From an uncultured delta proteobacterium (GTDB taxonomy: Bacteria; Desulfobacterota; Binatia; UBA9968): DNA of 64,000 bases. The stretch spans positions 32,001 through 96,000 of the forward strand of contig CAVUZH010000008.1 of assembly GCA_963745835.1 (NCBI GenBank), in the 5' to 3' direction. Positions within the stretch are counted from its first letter, which is position 1; each line of letters begins with the position of its first letter. The notes beneath the pieces are model-generated. The model saw nothing but the letters and a program-made list of their open reading frames with translations, was not told the DNA's origin and searched no databases. This document shows, piece by piece, positions 10,072-19,603 of this stretch. Made by a program: the position numbers and the translations under genes.

Positions 10072-10758
10072 ATGGCCACATCCAAGGAATTCGTTGATCA
10101 GTTGAAGAAGGATATTCAGGCGTTCCCGAAAATCCGCATCAAACATCCATTTTTGAAAGCAGTCTGCGCCGGCACGGCTACCATGGACCAGATCCGTGCC
10201 TGGGCGATCCAGGACTATCAGTTTCGCGCCGCGGTGCCGCGCATAGCAATGCTGCGTTATTTGGCGTGCAACGATCCAGAAATCGCGCAGAGGCTCTGGG
10301 GTGTCGTCGAGGAGGAAACTCGCGGCATGGATACCGGCAGCGCCGGCCACAACGAGCTGGCGATCCGCTTCGCCAATGCAATCGGAGTTACTAAAGAACA
10401 GCTAGAAAACGCCGAGTTGCGCCCGTCCACGGCGGCGCATTTGTATTATGTCGAACTGATTATCCACACGCTGCCTTGGTTTGTCGTCATGTCGATTCAG
10501 ATTGGCGCCGAAGGAACGTTCGGGCCCGCGGCGGCGGCGATCGGTCACGGCCTGATAAAAAACTACAACATGAAGCCCGATGACGTGCGCTTTTTCACCG
10601 TTCATTCCGAAGCGGACGAAGACCACAGCAGCTTGGCCGAGGATATCGCGGTGCGCTACCTCCATTCGCCGCATCTCCAGGAGCAGACGCGCAAGCACAC
10701 ATTCCGCCGCATGGAACTGCTCTACGATATCTGGTCGACTGATGGCTATGAAAAGTAG
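10072..10758 (+). CDS. Heme-oxygenase-like diiron enzyme (TenA/PqqC/CADD superfamily)
   Basis: KHPF, EEE...GH, AEG and HSEADEDH give a complete CADD-like E/H/E/H/D/H ligand set. Confidence 0.82.
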   Translation: MATSKEFVDQLKKDIQAFPKIRIKHPFLKAVCAGTATMDQIRAWAIQDYQFRAAVPRIAMLRYLACNDPEIAQRLWGVVEEETRGMDTGSAGHNELAIRFANAIGVTKEQLENAELRPSTAAHLYYVELIIHTLPWFVVMSIQIGAEGTFGPAAAAIGHGLIKNYNMKPDDVRFFTVHSEADEDHSSLAEDIAVRYLHSPHLQEQTRKHTFRRMELLYDIWSTDGYEK

Positions 10759-10769
10759 CAGGCGCAGAA

Positions 10770-10843
10770 AGATTTTTCGTCACTTCGCTGCCTTGAAATG
10801 ACACGCGGTCGGCAATGTCATTGCGACCGAAGGGGGGAATCTT
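10770..10843. repeat. REP/RPE-like palindromic element (GAAATGACA / TGTCATTGCGA type)
   Basis: AGATTTTTCGTCACTTCGCTGCCTTGAAATGACA...TGTCATTGCGACCGAAGGGGGGAATCT; intergenic. Confidence 0.6.
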
Positions 10844-10904
10844 TCTTTGATAGCGTCTCCCAAAACATCCGGCGAGCGATATCGGCTACTGGAGCTTAAA
10901 ATAG

Positions 10905-11915
10905 ATGCCTAAACTAACATTGAGTTTCATTTCCGCTTTCAATGAGCGGGTCGAGCCGCTCATGAACGGCACCATCAAGGCAGAAGGCATCGAGCTGATT
11001 CCGACTTATTCGCACCCGGCGGAAACCTTTTGGCGCCAGCTCAAATTCGGTGAATTCGAAGTCGCTGAGATGTCGATGTCGTCTTACTTGATTGCCAAGT
11101 CTCAGGGGGCCGACATGATCGCGCTGCCGGTGTTTCCGAGCCGCCGCTTGTTTCAAACCGAGCTCTCCTATCATGTCGATTCCGGCGTCAGCGTGCCGGG
11201 CGACCTGGCGGGAAAACGATTGGGAGTTGCCGAGTATCAACAAACGGCCGCCCTTTGGATACGCGGCATTCTCGAACACGATTTCGCGGTCTCGCAATTC
11301 AAGGTTCACTGGTACATGGAACGAAGCGAGGAGATGAGCCATGGCGGCGCCACCGGTTTCAAGCCTCCGGCGGGAATCTCCTTCAATCGCATCGCCCCGA
11401 ATAAGAGTCTGGCCTCGACCCTGCTCGACCACGAGTTGGATGCGGCGCATATCGCCAGCCCGTGGGTGCTGCGAGCCAACGCTCTCGACCGCTCCAGCCG
11501 AATAACCGGCGGCGCAGACTGGAGCAAGATCAAACCGCTTTTTCCCGATCGCATGGCGGAGGCCGAGCGCTTTCAAAAGCAACACGGATTTTTGCCGGTT
11601 AATCACACTTACATCATCCGTGGCGATATCTATCAAAAACATCCCTGGGTAGCTTTCAATTTGTATAATGGTTTTGCGCGAGCCAAGGCGCTTGCGCGTG
11701 AGAAACTGTTGGAGAGCATTCCTTCAGCGCTGTTCTTCGGACCGGAGTATTTAAAGCGAACTCAAGACATCATCGGCGAAGATCCATTTCCCTACGGCAT
11801 CAAAGCCAATGAGGCAATGCTCGAAACCATCACGGCATATTCGTACGAGCAGGGATTGACGCCCAAAAAGATGAATCTCAAGGAGCTCTTTGCGGAAAGC
11901 ACACTCGATCTTTAA
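10905..11915 (+). CDS. 4,5-dihydroxyphthalate decarboxylase-like (Pht5/OphC-like) cytoplasmic PBP-fold protein, copy 1
   Basis: FEVAEMSMSSY, ALPVFPSR, EYQQTAALWIRGIL, PVNH and DPFPYG motifs; no signal peptide. Confidence 0.8.
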   Translation: MPKLTLSFISAFNERVEPLMNGTIKAEGIELIPTYSHPAETFWRQLKFGEFEVAEMSMSSYLIAKSQGADMIALPVFPSRRLFQTELSYHVDSGVSVPGDLAGKRLGVAEYQQTAALWIRGILEHDFAVSQFKVHWYMERSEEMSHGGATGFKPPAGISFNRIAPNKSLASTLLDHELDAAHIASPWVLRANALDRSSRITGGADWSKIKPLFPDRMAEAERFQKQHGFLPVNHTYIIRGDIYQKHPWVAFNLYNGFARAKALAREKLLESIPSALFFGPEYLKRTQDIIGEDPFPYGIKANEAMLETITAYSYEQGLTPKKMNLKELFAESTLDL

Positions 11916-11957
11916 CGAATCATCGAAGTATCATCCTGATACACTCGGGGGAAAGTT

Positions 11958-12984
11958 ATGAGCACACGATTTTTCGTTGCGCTAGTCACTGCTTTCATCC
12001 TGTTTCCTATCTTGGGCTTTCACCGCGCCGAAGGCCAAATCAATCCGGGTCCGAAACTCGTCGAGGGAGCGAAAAAAGAGGGTGAGATGATTTTCTACAC
12101 CACCATGACCCTCGATCAGAGCAAAGAAGTGGTCGATCAATTCCAGAAGAAATATCCATTCATCAAACCGACTCTGTTCCGCACCGGGGGGCGGCCCGCT
12201 GCTGAACAAGATCTTTACCGAAGCTCGCGGCGGCAGGCATGCATGGGATGTGGTGGTCGGCAGAGCGGAAATGGTTGTGCCACTGATGCAGCGAAAGCTC
12301 ATTGCCTCCTACCGCTCGCCTGAAACCAAGATGCTCGATGACGATCTCGTCGATCAGGAAGGTTATTGGAGCGCGTACTATGTCATCTCGTACGTGTTGG
12401 GGTGGCATACCAAATTAGTCAAGAAAGAAGAGGTTCCAAAAACTTACGAAGCTTTAGTTGATCCCAAGTGGAAAGGTGGCCAGTTGTCATTCGATAACGA
12501 GGCCTATGGCATGTTGCAAGGATTGATGCGGGCATGGGGACGGGAAAAAGCGATTGCCTATTTCAAAAGAATCGCCGCTATCGAGCCGTCGATGAAAAGA
12601 GGCAATACCGAGCGCGTCGCATTGGCAGCGGCAGGCGAGTACCCGCTGACGATCTCATACAACCAAACTTTTGAACGAATGGTTGCCAGAGGCGCGCCTA
12701 TGGATTGGTTGCCGCTCGAGCCCGCCGTGGTCTCTGCGTTTCCGATCATGATTGCGGCCAAAGCTCCCCATCCCAACGCGGCACGACTTTACTATGATTT
12801 CAGTCTTTCCAAAGAAGGACAGGAAATGCTCACAGGCATGCAGCGAATACCTGTTCGCAAGGATGTGGAACCTAATCCTCCTCGACTGTTCAGGGGCTAC
12901 AAGAGGGTCGTGGAAAATCCGGAAGATTACACGGACTTTGAAGGGCTGGTAAGGCTTTATAACGATATCTTCAAACTTCGTTAG
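11958..12984 (+). CDS. Fe(III)/thiamine-type extracellular solute-binding protein, split by one frameshift
   Basis: Signal peptide and EGAKKEG in ORF 11958; P.TY..L.DPKWKG and APHPNAARL in ORF 12250-12984. Removing one G from the G6 run at 12186-12191 fuses them. Confidence 0.85.
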
Positions 12985-13018
12985 CCATTGCGCCGAATAC
13001 CGGTCGCAGGAGACAAGA

Positions 13019-14032
13019 ATGCCCAGACTGACTCTCAGCTTCATTTCCGCTTTTAACGAACGGGTCGATCCATTGATGAATGGAACAGTGAAAGCCGAGG
13101 GGATCGATATCGTTCCGACCTATTCGCATCCATCGGAAACGTTTTGGCGACAATTGAAGTTCCAGGAGTTCGACATTGCTGAAATGTCCATGTCGTCGTA
13201 TTTGATCGCGCGGGCGCGGGGTTTCGATATGATCGCGCTGCCGGTGTTTCCCAGCCGACGCCTCTTCCATACCGAACTGTCCTGTCATACTGACTCGGGC
13301 ATCAAGGAACCGGGCGATCTGCTCGGCAAACGGCTGGGTGTCGGCGAGTACCAGCAAACCGCCGCGCTATGGACACGCGGCATACTCGAACACGAGTTCG
13401 GCGTGTCACAATTCAAAGTTCATTGGTACATGGAGCGTACCGAAGAGTTAAGTCACGGCGGCGCAACCGGTTTTACGCCTCCGCCGGGGATCTCGTTCCA
13501 GCGTATTCCGCCGGACAAGAGCATGGCTTCGATGCTGGTGAATAATGAATTGGATGCAGCGGCGATCTCCAGCCCATGGAAAAACATGCCAAACGTCATC
13601 GGCCGCTCCCATCGCATCAGGGGAAGCGATGGCGACTGGAACAAAATAAAACCGCTCTTTCCCGATCGCATGAGTGAAGGCGCAAGGCTTTTTCAGAAAT
13701 GGGGATTTCTGCCGGTTAATCACGCCTACATCATTCGCGGCGAGATCTACAAGAATTATCCCTGGGTAGCGTTCAATCTTTATTCAGGCTTCGTCAAAGC
13801 AAAGCAATACTTCAACGAAAGACTGCTTGAACGAATTCCAACTGCGCTGTTCTTCGGCCCGGAATATTTGGCCACGACGCGGCAGATGTTCGGAGACGAC
13901 CCCTATCCGTATGGCGTCAAGGCGAATCGTAAGATGCTGGCAACGTTGATTGACTATTCTCGCGAACAAGGACTGACGTCAAAGAAATTGGAAATCAAAG
14001 AGCTGTTCGCGCCCAGCACGCTCGACCTATAA
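13019..14032 (+). CDS. 4,5-dihydroxyphthalate decarboxylase-like protein, copy 2 (close paralog of 10905-11915)
   Basis: Colinear and highly similar to copy 1 over the full length. Confidence 0.8.
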   Translation: MPRLTLSFISAFNERVDPLMNGTVKAEGIDIVPTYSHPSETFWRQLKFQEFDIAEMSMSSYLIARARGFDMIALPVFPSRRLFHTELSCHTDSGIKEPGDLLGKRLGVGEYQQTAALWTRGILEHEFGVSQFKVHWYMERTEELSHGGATGFTPPPGISFQRIPPDKSMASMLVNNELDAAAISSPWKNMPNVIGRSHRIRGSDGDWNKIKPLFPDRMSEGARLFQKWGFLPVNHAYIIRGEIYKNYPWVAFNLYSGFVKAKQYFNERLLERIPTALFFGPEYLATTRQMFGDDPYPYGVKANRKMLATLIDYSREQGLTSKKLEIKELFAPSTLDL

Positions 14033-14036
14033 AACA

Positions 14037-14074
14037 GTGCCTCGTTGATCCCGCCAGGACGACCAACGAGGCAC
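14037..14074. terminator. Stem-loop between convergent genes
   Basis: GTGCCTCGTTG...CAACGAGGCAC 11-bp stem. Confidence 0.55.
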
Positions 14075-14102
14075 ACTAAGCATCGCTTATTATCCCTTGC
14101 GG

Positions 14103-14213
14103 TCAGGTACAGCCGCGGACCACGAACAAGAGCAGAAGTATCGGTATCGGAATGCCTAAAACCCATAGGAGTATCCAACCGATGGCACCCTTCTGATTTT
14201 TTACGTTATTCAT
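14103..14213 (-). CDS. 36-aa small membrane protein MNNVKNQKGAIGWILLWVLGIPIPILLLLFVVRGCT
   Basis: Below the ORF-track cutoff. RBS AAGGAGGG shortly before ATG, one hydrophobic helix, sigma54 promoter upstream and a hairpin downstream. Confidence 0.75.
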   Translation of the reverse strand: MNNVKNQKGAIGWILLWVLGIPIPILLLLFVVRGCT

Positions 14214-14282
14214 AAAACCCTCCTTTAACTAACCGCCAGAACTTATGTAGTCTGACGTGAAACAGTCCTCCTCCGGAAGTTC

Positions 14283-14299
14283 CGCAAGGCATGTGCCAG
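14283..14299 (-). promoter_or_regulatory. Sigma54 (-24/-12) promoter
   Basis: Minus strand reads CTGGCACATGCCTTGCG, i.e. TGGCAC-N5-TTGC with exact GG-N10-GC spacing, about 70 nt upstream of the 36-aa ORF. Confidence 0.75.
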
Positions 14300-14581
14300 G
14301 TAGCCCGATGTAAATTCTATTCTTGAATCTGGTAGCATCGCACATCTCACGTCCCAAGCCTGAAACATCGTGGCTCATATGCGACACTGTGCCCTTCGAT
14401 ACAAAATGCTCCGCTGGACACAATCCGTAAACGGACATCAGGCATTCGATGCATGCGACAGAGTTTTAGGTGGCGCTCGAACATGTGGCGACAATTAGAC
14501 CATCGACGAAATCTTCGTCTTCGTCCATGGTCTTGTAACGCTGCTTGACTCCCCCACCGCTTCACAGTATTCACCGGGGGT

Positions 14582-15565
14582 ATGAAACAAGCTCTTACAT
14601 CAGCGATACTTTTGTTGTTGGCGGTTTGTTTCTTTGAGTCAGCGGTGGACGCCGCCGATCGCGTTAAGGCATCCTATGCGGCGGTGAATGCCAGCCAGTC
14701 ACCGCTCTGGGTTGCTCAGGACCGGGGATTTTTTGCCAAGTACGGGATCGAAGCCGATCTGGTGTTTATCAGCAGCGGCTCACTGAACGTACAGGCGCTG
14801 GTCGGTAACACGGTTCAGTTCGCCGCCGGCGGTCCCGCTGCGTTGGAAGCGCGGCTGCGCGGCCCGAAGTTAGTGACCATCGCGAATCCACTGACGGTGC
14901 TCGCTTCGAATTTGGTGAGCCATCCGGAAATCAAGAGCATCGCCGATCTAAAAGGGAAAGTGGGCGCGGTTTCTCGCTTTGCGTCGTCTTCGCATCAGGG
15001 ACTCCGGTATCTGTTCCGCAAAAACGGGCTGAGCGAGAGCGATCTCAAGCTACTGCAACTCGGCGGCGATAGCGGCCGCTTGACCGGCCTGGCAACCGGC
15101 AAGGTTCAGTATACGTTTCTCGGCGCAGCGGCAAGCGAGCAGGCACGAAAACAGGGATTGACGATCTTGGCCACTGCTAAGCAGATGGCAATTCCGTTTC
15201 CGTGGACCTCAGTGGTGGTGCATGAAACTTGGCTCGAAGCAAATCGAGACCTGGCCTATCGCTATGTCAAAGCCGTCACCGAAGCCGTGTCTTTTATGAA
15301 ACGCAACCGTTCAGAGAGCGAGCGGATAATTTCCAAATACATGAAACTCACTGACGCGAATCTTGTTTCTATCGAATACAACTTCAACGTGGCGCTCTTT
15401 CCCGATCTGCCCTACCCCACGCTCGACGGCGTGCGCCTCATTCTGGAAAACCTGGCAACGGAAAATCCCGAACATGGCCGCCGCGATCCCAAAGAGTTCG
15501 TCGACAGCTCCATCGTGGATCGATTGAAACAAGAGAATTTTTTGGAAAGCATTGGCAAGCAATAA
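14582..15565 (+). CDS. SsuA/NMT1-like ABC substrate-binding protein
   Basis: Signal peptide; PLWVAQDRG.F.KYG and IADLKGK motifs; C-terminal FVDSSIVDRL. Confidence 0.88.
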   Translation: MKQALTSAILLLLAVCFFESAVDAADRVKASYAAVNASQSPLWVAQDRGFFAKYGIEADLVFISSGSLNVQALVGNTVQFAAGGPAALEARLRGPKLVTIANPLTVLASNLVSHPEIKSIADLKGKVGAVSRFASSSHQGLRYLFRKNGLSESDLKLLQLGGDSGRLTGLATGKVQYTFLGAAASEQARKQGLTILATAKQMAIPFPWTSVVVHETWLEANRDLAYRYVKAVTEAVSFMKRNRSESERIISKYMKLTDANLVSIEYNFNVALFPDLPYPTLDGVRLILENLATENPEHGRRDPKEFVDSSIVDRLKQENFLESIGKQ

Positions 15566-16547
15566 TGCGCAATGTTCCGGTTTGGGAATTAAGGCCGCGC
15601 TAGTTTACTTTACCTCGCGGTTGCAGGCCTATTTGGTTCGGCTCAGGTTTCGGCTAAGACTGTCACCTTCGCTTATCAGACACCGCCCCTTAATGGAGTT
15701 CTGCCATTGATCGTCGGCCAGGACTTCGGATTTTTTGCCGCCGAGGGCTTCGACGTCAAAACGGTATTTCATCCGAGGCGGGCCGACAGCGATGCCGCGC
15801 TCGTCGGCGGCGGCGTGGATTACACATTTGTCGCTGGCGTGCCAGCGGTCCGGGCTATCGTTCAAGGCGCGCCATGACCATCATCAGCGGCATTCAGCCT
15901 TATATGGACTACACCCTGATCGGCGCAAAGGGGACCGCGCGCTGAACGATTTAAAAGGTAAAATCGTCGGTGTCACGGGAGCGGGTGGCATTGCCGAGTA
16001 TCGCGGCTGTCGAGGGGCTGGCAAAGAAAGGATTGTGCGCGACCGGGATTACAAAATTCTCTACGGTGTCGGCAACAGCCCGTCACGAGCTCAAGCGCTG
16101 GAAGCCGGCCGGATTCAGGCGTCGCCATTTTCGTTCCTTGAGAGAATCGAATTGGAGCAGAAGGGTTTTCCGGTCCTGTTTGATATTGGGAAGGTTCTGC
16201 CGGGATTTCCTTTTGTCGTGATCATCTCGGCAAAATCTAAAGTCGAAAGCGATCCGGAAGGCGTCACAGCCCTGCTGCGGGCTATGAAACGTGGTCTTGA
16301 TTATTTGAAGGGAGACAAAGAAAAAGTCGCCGCCGCGGTCATCAAGAAAAACATCTACGGTGATCCGATAACAATACGAAAGACCGTCTATCAATTTGCC
16401 GATGTCTACTCGCTCGCGATCACTAAGGAAGAAATCGACGCACTCATCGCCGCCGCCCGCGTCGAAACCGAAGCCAAAAAAATCGGTGGCGCGGAAAAAT
16501 TCTTCGCCGGATCTTTGCTGACAAAAGCGCTCAAGCCGAGCCGCTAA
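15565..16547 (+). pseudogene. SsuA/NMT1-like substrate-binding protein with several frameshifts in the 5' half
   Basis: Family motifs (LPLIVGQDFGFFAAEG, DLKGKIVGVT, RAQALEAG) are spread over different frames; the ATG overlaps the upstream stop. Confidence 0.7.
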
Positions 16548-16565
16548 AGAGACAAAGGAGCTAAG

Positions 16566-17514
16566 ATGGCGCAGTCACTGGAATTGACATTGTTGCTCGC
16601 GGATTACCACCGGACACGACCACTGCTCGACGGTGACGTCACGGCCCGCGGCATCAAGCTGCAGCCGCGGCGCGCTGAAACCGGCGAGGCCTGCATGCGC
16701 CCGGTTTACGAGGAGTTCGATATCGCCGAGATGTCGCTCTCATGGTATATGATGGCGCGCTGCCGCAATGAACCGGTGATCGCATTGCCCATCTTTCCGC
16801 TGCGCATGCAGATTCACCCGTATGTTTTTTGCTCGCCAGCATCGGCAATCGAGAGGCCGGAGGATTTGAAAGGCAAAAGAATCGGCATGGATCAGTACCG
16901 TCTGACCGTCGGTCTGTGGGCGCGGGGTATTCTCCAAGAACACTACGGGGTGCGCCCGGAAGAATGCGACTGGGTCACATCCGAGCCCGAGGGCGCGGGA
17001 TACCAGGCTCCGGCCAATGTCAGTATCACCATAGCTTATAAGTCCGCGGAAGCTATGCTCCTGGACGGTGAAATAGATGCGCTCATCCCGCCCAATATCG
17101 TGCCGTCTTTTCGAGCCAAGGATCCTCGCATTCGCCGGCTCTTCAAAGATCCCCGCGCTACAGTAAACGACTACTTCCGCAGGACGAAAATTTTTCCGAT
17201 CACGCACACTTTGGTCGTACGCCAATCGCTCTTCGATGCAAAATCCATGGCTCGTCTCCAGCCTTCTCGACGCTTTTAATCAAGCGGAGGAACGCTGCCG
17301 GAAATCCTACGAATATGCCAAGCGCTTGGCCTTCCCCACCGCGGTGCTTATTCTAGAGGAAGAGGAGGAAGTTTTTGGCGACAATCCCTGGTCGCACGGG
17401 TTGACCCCGCAGAATCAAGTCGTGCTCGAGAAATTCGTTCAGTATGCGCACGAGCAGGGTTATATTCCCGAACGCCCGCCGCTCGGTGGATTGTTCGCGC
17501 CGGTGGGAAATTAA
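16566..17514 (+). CDS. 4,5-dihydroxyphthalate decarboxylase-like protein, copy 3 (divergent), one frameshift
   Basis: YHRTRPLLDG, FDIAEMSLS, LWARGIL and IFPITH motifs. Removing one A from the A4 run at 17240-17243 joins ORF 17236-17514 (NPWL...YAHEQG). Confidence 0.8.
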
Positions 17515-17534
17515 CTCCGGAATGTCATGCAAGA

Positions 17535-18500
17535 TTACGGCACTTTGTAGCCTAACTCCGTAGCGATCTCGATGGCGAAGCGCGGATCGGCGACTTCTTC
17601 AAACGAGACATTTCTATCCGTGAACCTGCCTTCAGCTTTGATCGCCTTGACAATATTCGCCATGCCTTCGGGTGAGGGGATTCCCGTATCGTTGAAGTTC
17701 GACTCGACCAATTTGTAAGTATCCGCGGCTGTCTCGTTATCCATCTTGAGGACGCGGGTAATCAGATCCAAGGTTCGCTCCCGTGACTTGAGCATAATGC
17801 TCTTCGCCGTTTGCAGCGCGCGCACGACCCGCTTCGCTTCATCCGGTCTGGTTTTAATCGTTTTGGACAGCGCCGTGAGACCGCCCGAAGGCATTTCCAC
17901 TAAAGCGCCGATGTCCAAGAGCTTGGCGAGACCGCGACGTTGGGCAAAAAACATAAAGGGCGGATTAAGCGATGCCGCATCGACAAACTTCGACTCCAAA
18001 GCCTGCACCAGTTGCGCCGAAGGCACCGATACGGCAACGTAATCTTTTGCGCCGAGACCGCTCTTTTCCAGCGCCGCGGTTAATGCTACATGACTCGTGC
18101 CGCCGAGACCCGTCACGCCGATCTTCTTCTGCCGCAGATCCCGCACGCTTTTGAATTGAGGGCTTGCCATCAACCAGTAAACAATCCTGCTCGTCGAAGC
18201 CCATAGCGCGCGCGCATCGAGCCCGCTCAGAGTCGCGCTCACTGAGGCAGTTCCTATACCGGATTGGTAATCCAAGTCACCGGAGGCCAAAGCGGCCGCA
18301 GCAGCCGATGAGCGCATAAGGATCACTTCGATGTCGAGACCTTGCTGGTCGAAGAGCTTCCATTCGCGCGCCGCCACCAACGGCAGAGCGGTAAAGCTCA
18401 AGTTGGCATTGGAGATTCTGATCTTCCGTCGTTCCTGGGTAAATCCGGGTACCGGGACAAAGGCACAAACGAGTAGAACAATACAGATCAATCTATTCAT
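17535..18500 (-). CDS. SsuA/NMT1-like ABC substrate-binding protein
   Basis: Signal peptide MNRLICIVLLVCAF; ALASGDLD and DLRQKKIGV motifs. Confidence 0.87.
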   Translation of the reverse strand: MNRLICIVLLVCAFVPVPGFTQERRKIRISNANLSFTALPLVAAREWKLFDQQGLDIEVILMRSSAAAAALASGDLDYQSGIGTASVSATLSGLDARALWASTSRIVYWLMASPQFKSVRDLRQKKIGVTGLGGTSHVALTAALEKSGLGAKDYVAVSVPSAQLVQALESKFVDAASLNPPFMFFAQRRGLAKLLDIGALVEMPSGGLTALSKTIKTRPDEAKRVVRALQTAKSIMLKSRERTLDLITRVLKMDNETAADTYKLVESNFNDTGIPSPEGMANIVKAIKAEGRFTDRNVSFEEVADPRFAIEIATELGYKVP

Positions 18501-18532
18501 TGCATTACGTTCCTGTGGAATGTGAATCCCTA

Positions 18533-19459
18533 TCATCGCTTCAGCATTGCCAATTTTTCCATGGCGTCGTGAATCAGTTTCACCTCGCCCTCGGGCACGG
18601 GCAGTTGCGGCGCGCGCACGATCATGTTGTCCAACAGACCGGTAAAATAAGCCGCGACCTTGTAGCGGCTGTGCTTGTAAACATTCGGCGCCTTGTAGAC
18701 CGCCGCTTCGAGCGTCCAGTTAATTTCGTGCAACCGGCGCGCTTTGTCGAGATCGCCTGCCTTGACCGCGTTGTAGAGATCGACGCAGAACTGCGGCGCG
18801 AAGTTAGCAAAACCGGTTAATGCGCCGTCGGCGCCGGTAACGAAGTGCTGAAACAGAGAAGACGTCGCCAGAACCGAGACGGGCCTTGGCAAAGCGCGCA
18901 TGCCGCGCAGGACTTGCTCATAGCGCCTGATGTTAGCGCCGCTCGCCACTTTGATGGCCGCCACATTCTCGACTTCACGCGCAATCCGAATTGCCGTATC
19001 CGATGAATAGCCTGACGCCGTTGAAGCCGGATAATGGAAAATCGTGATCGGGATCTCGACTGCGTCGGCGACGTCATGAAAGTATTGAATCGCAAATTCC
19101 GGGTTGGCGGTCGAACTCCAGTCGTAAACATGTGGCGGCGTGAGCATGATGGCCGCAGCGCCCGCCGCTTTGGCTTCCTTGGCCTGCTCGATAGCTTCGC
19201 GCGTCGATAGCGCTTCGATACCCGCGACGATGCATTGATCGTTGCGAATCTCCTCGCCGATGATTTCGATGATGCGGACCCGCTCCTGACGGGTGAGCGT
19301 CGCACCCTCGCCTGCCCCGGCGTTGCAGACAATCGCGCTGATCCCCTCGGGCGCCGCTTGATAGCGAATCAGCTTGCGCAGTCCAGGCTCGTCCAGATCA
19401 TAGTTCTCTTTAAACGGCGTCACATTGGCGCTGAGAATGCCTTCAAGTTTGATACTCAT
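18533..19459 (-). CDS. DapA/NAL-family Schiff-base aldolase/lyase (not canonical DapA)
   Basis: TPF...D, AGAGEG in place of GTTGE, MLTPP, HYP and AAIKVAS (Schiff-base Lys). Confidence 0.85.
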   Translation of the reverse strand: MSIKLEGILSANVTPFKENYDLDEPGLRKLIRYQAAPEGISAIVCNAGAGEGATLTRQERVRIIEIIGEEIRNDQCIVAGIEALSTREAIEQAKEAKAAGAAAIMLTPPHVYDWSSTANPEFAIQYFHDVADAVEIPITIFHYPASTASGYSSDTAIRIAREVENVAAIKVASGANIRRYEQVLRGMRALPRPVSVLATSSLFQHFVTGADGALTGFANFAPQFCVDLYNAVKAGDLDKARRLHEINWTLEAAVYKAPNVYKHSRYKVAAYFTGLLDNMIVRAPQLPVPEGEVKLIHDAMEKLAMLKR

Positions 19460-19603
19460 CGCAACCTCTCTTACCGCGATTGCCGAATCCTTGTCCGAAG
19501 CAGCGTGACACTCCTTCAGCTCCCGTCATAGGTAGCGGTCGACGACATACGCGATCTGTTTGTACCCGCCCCATTGACAGCAGATGGAGCGGCGCGAGCA
19601 AAG

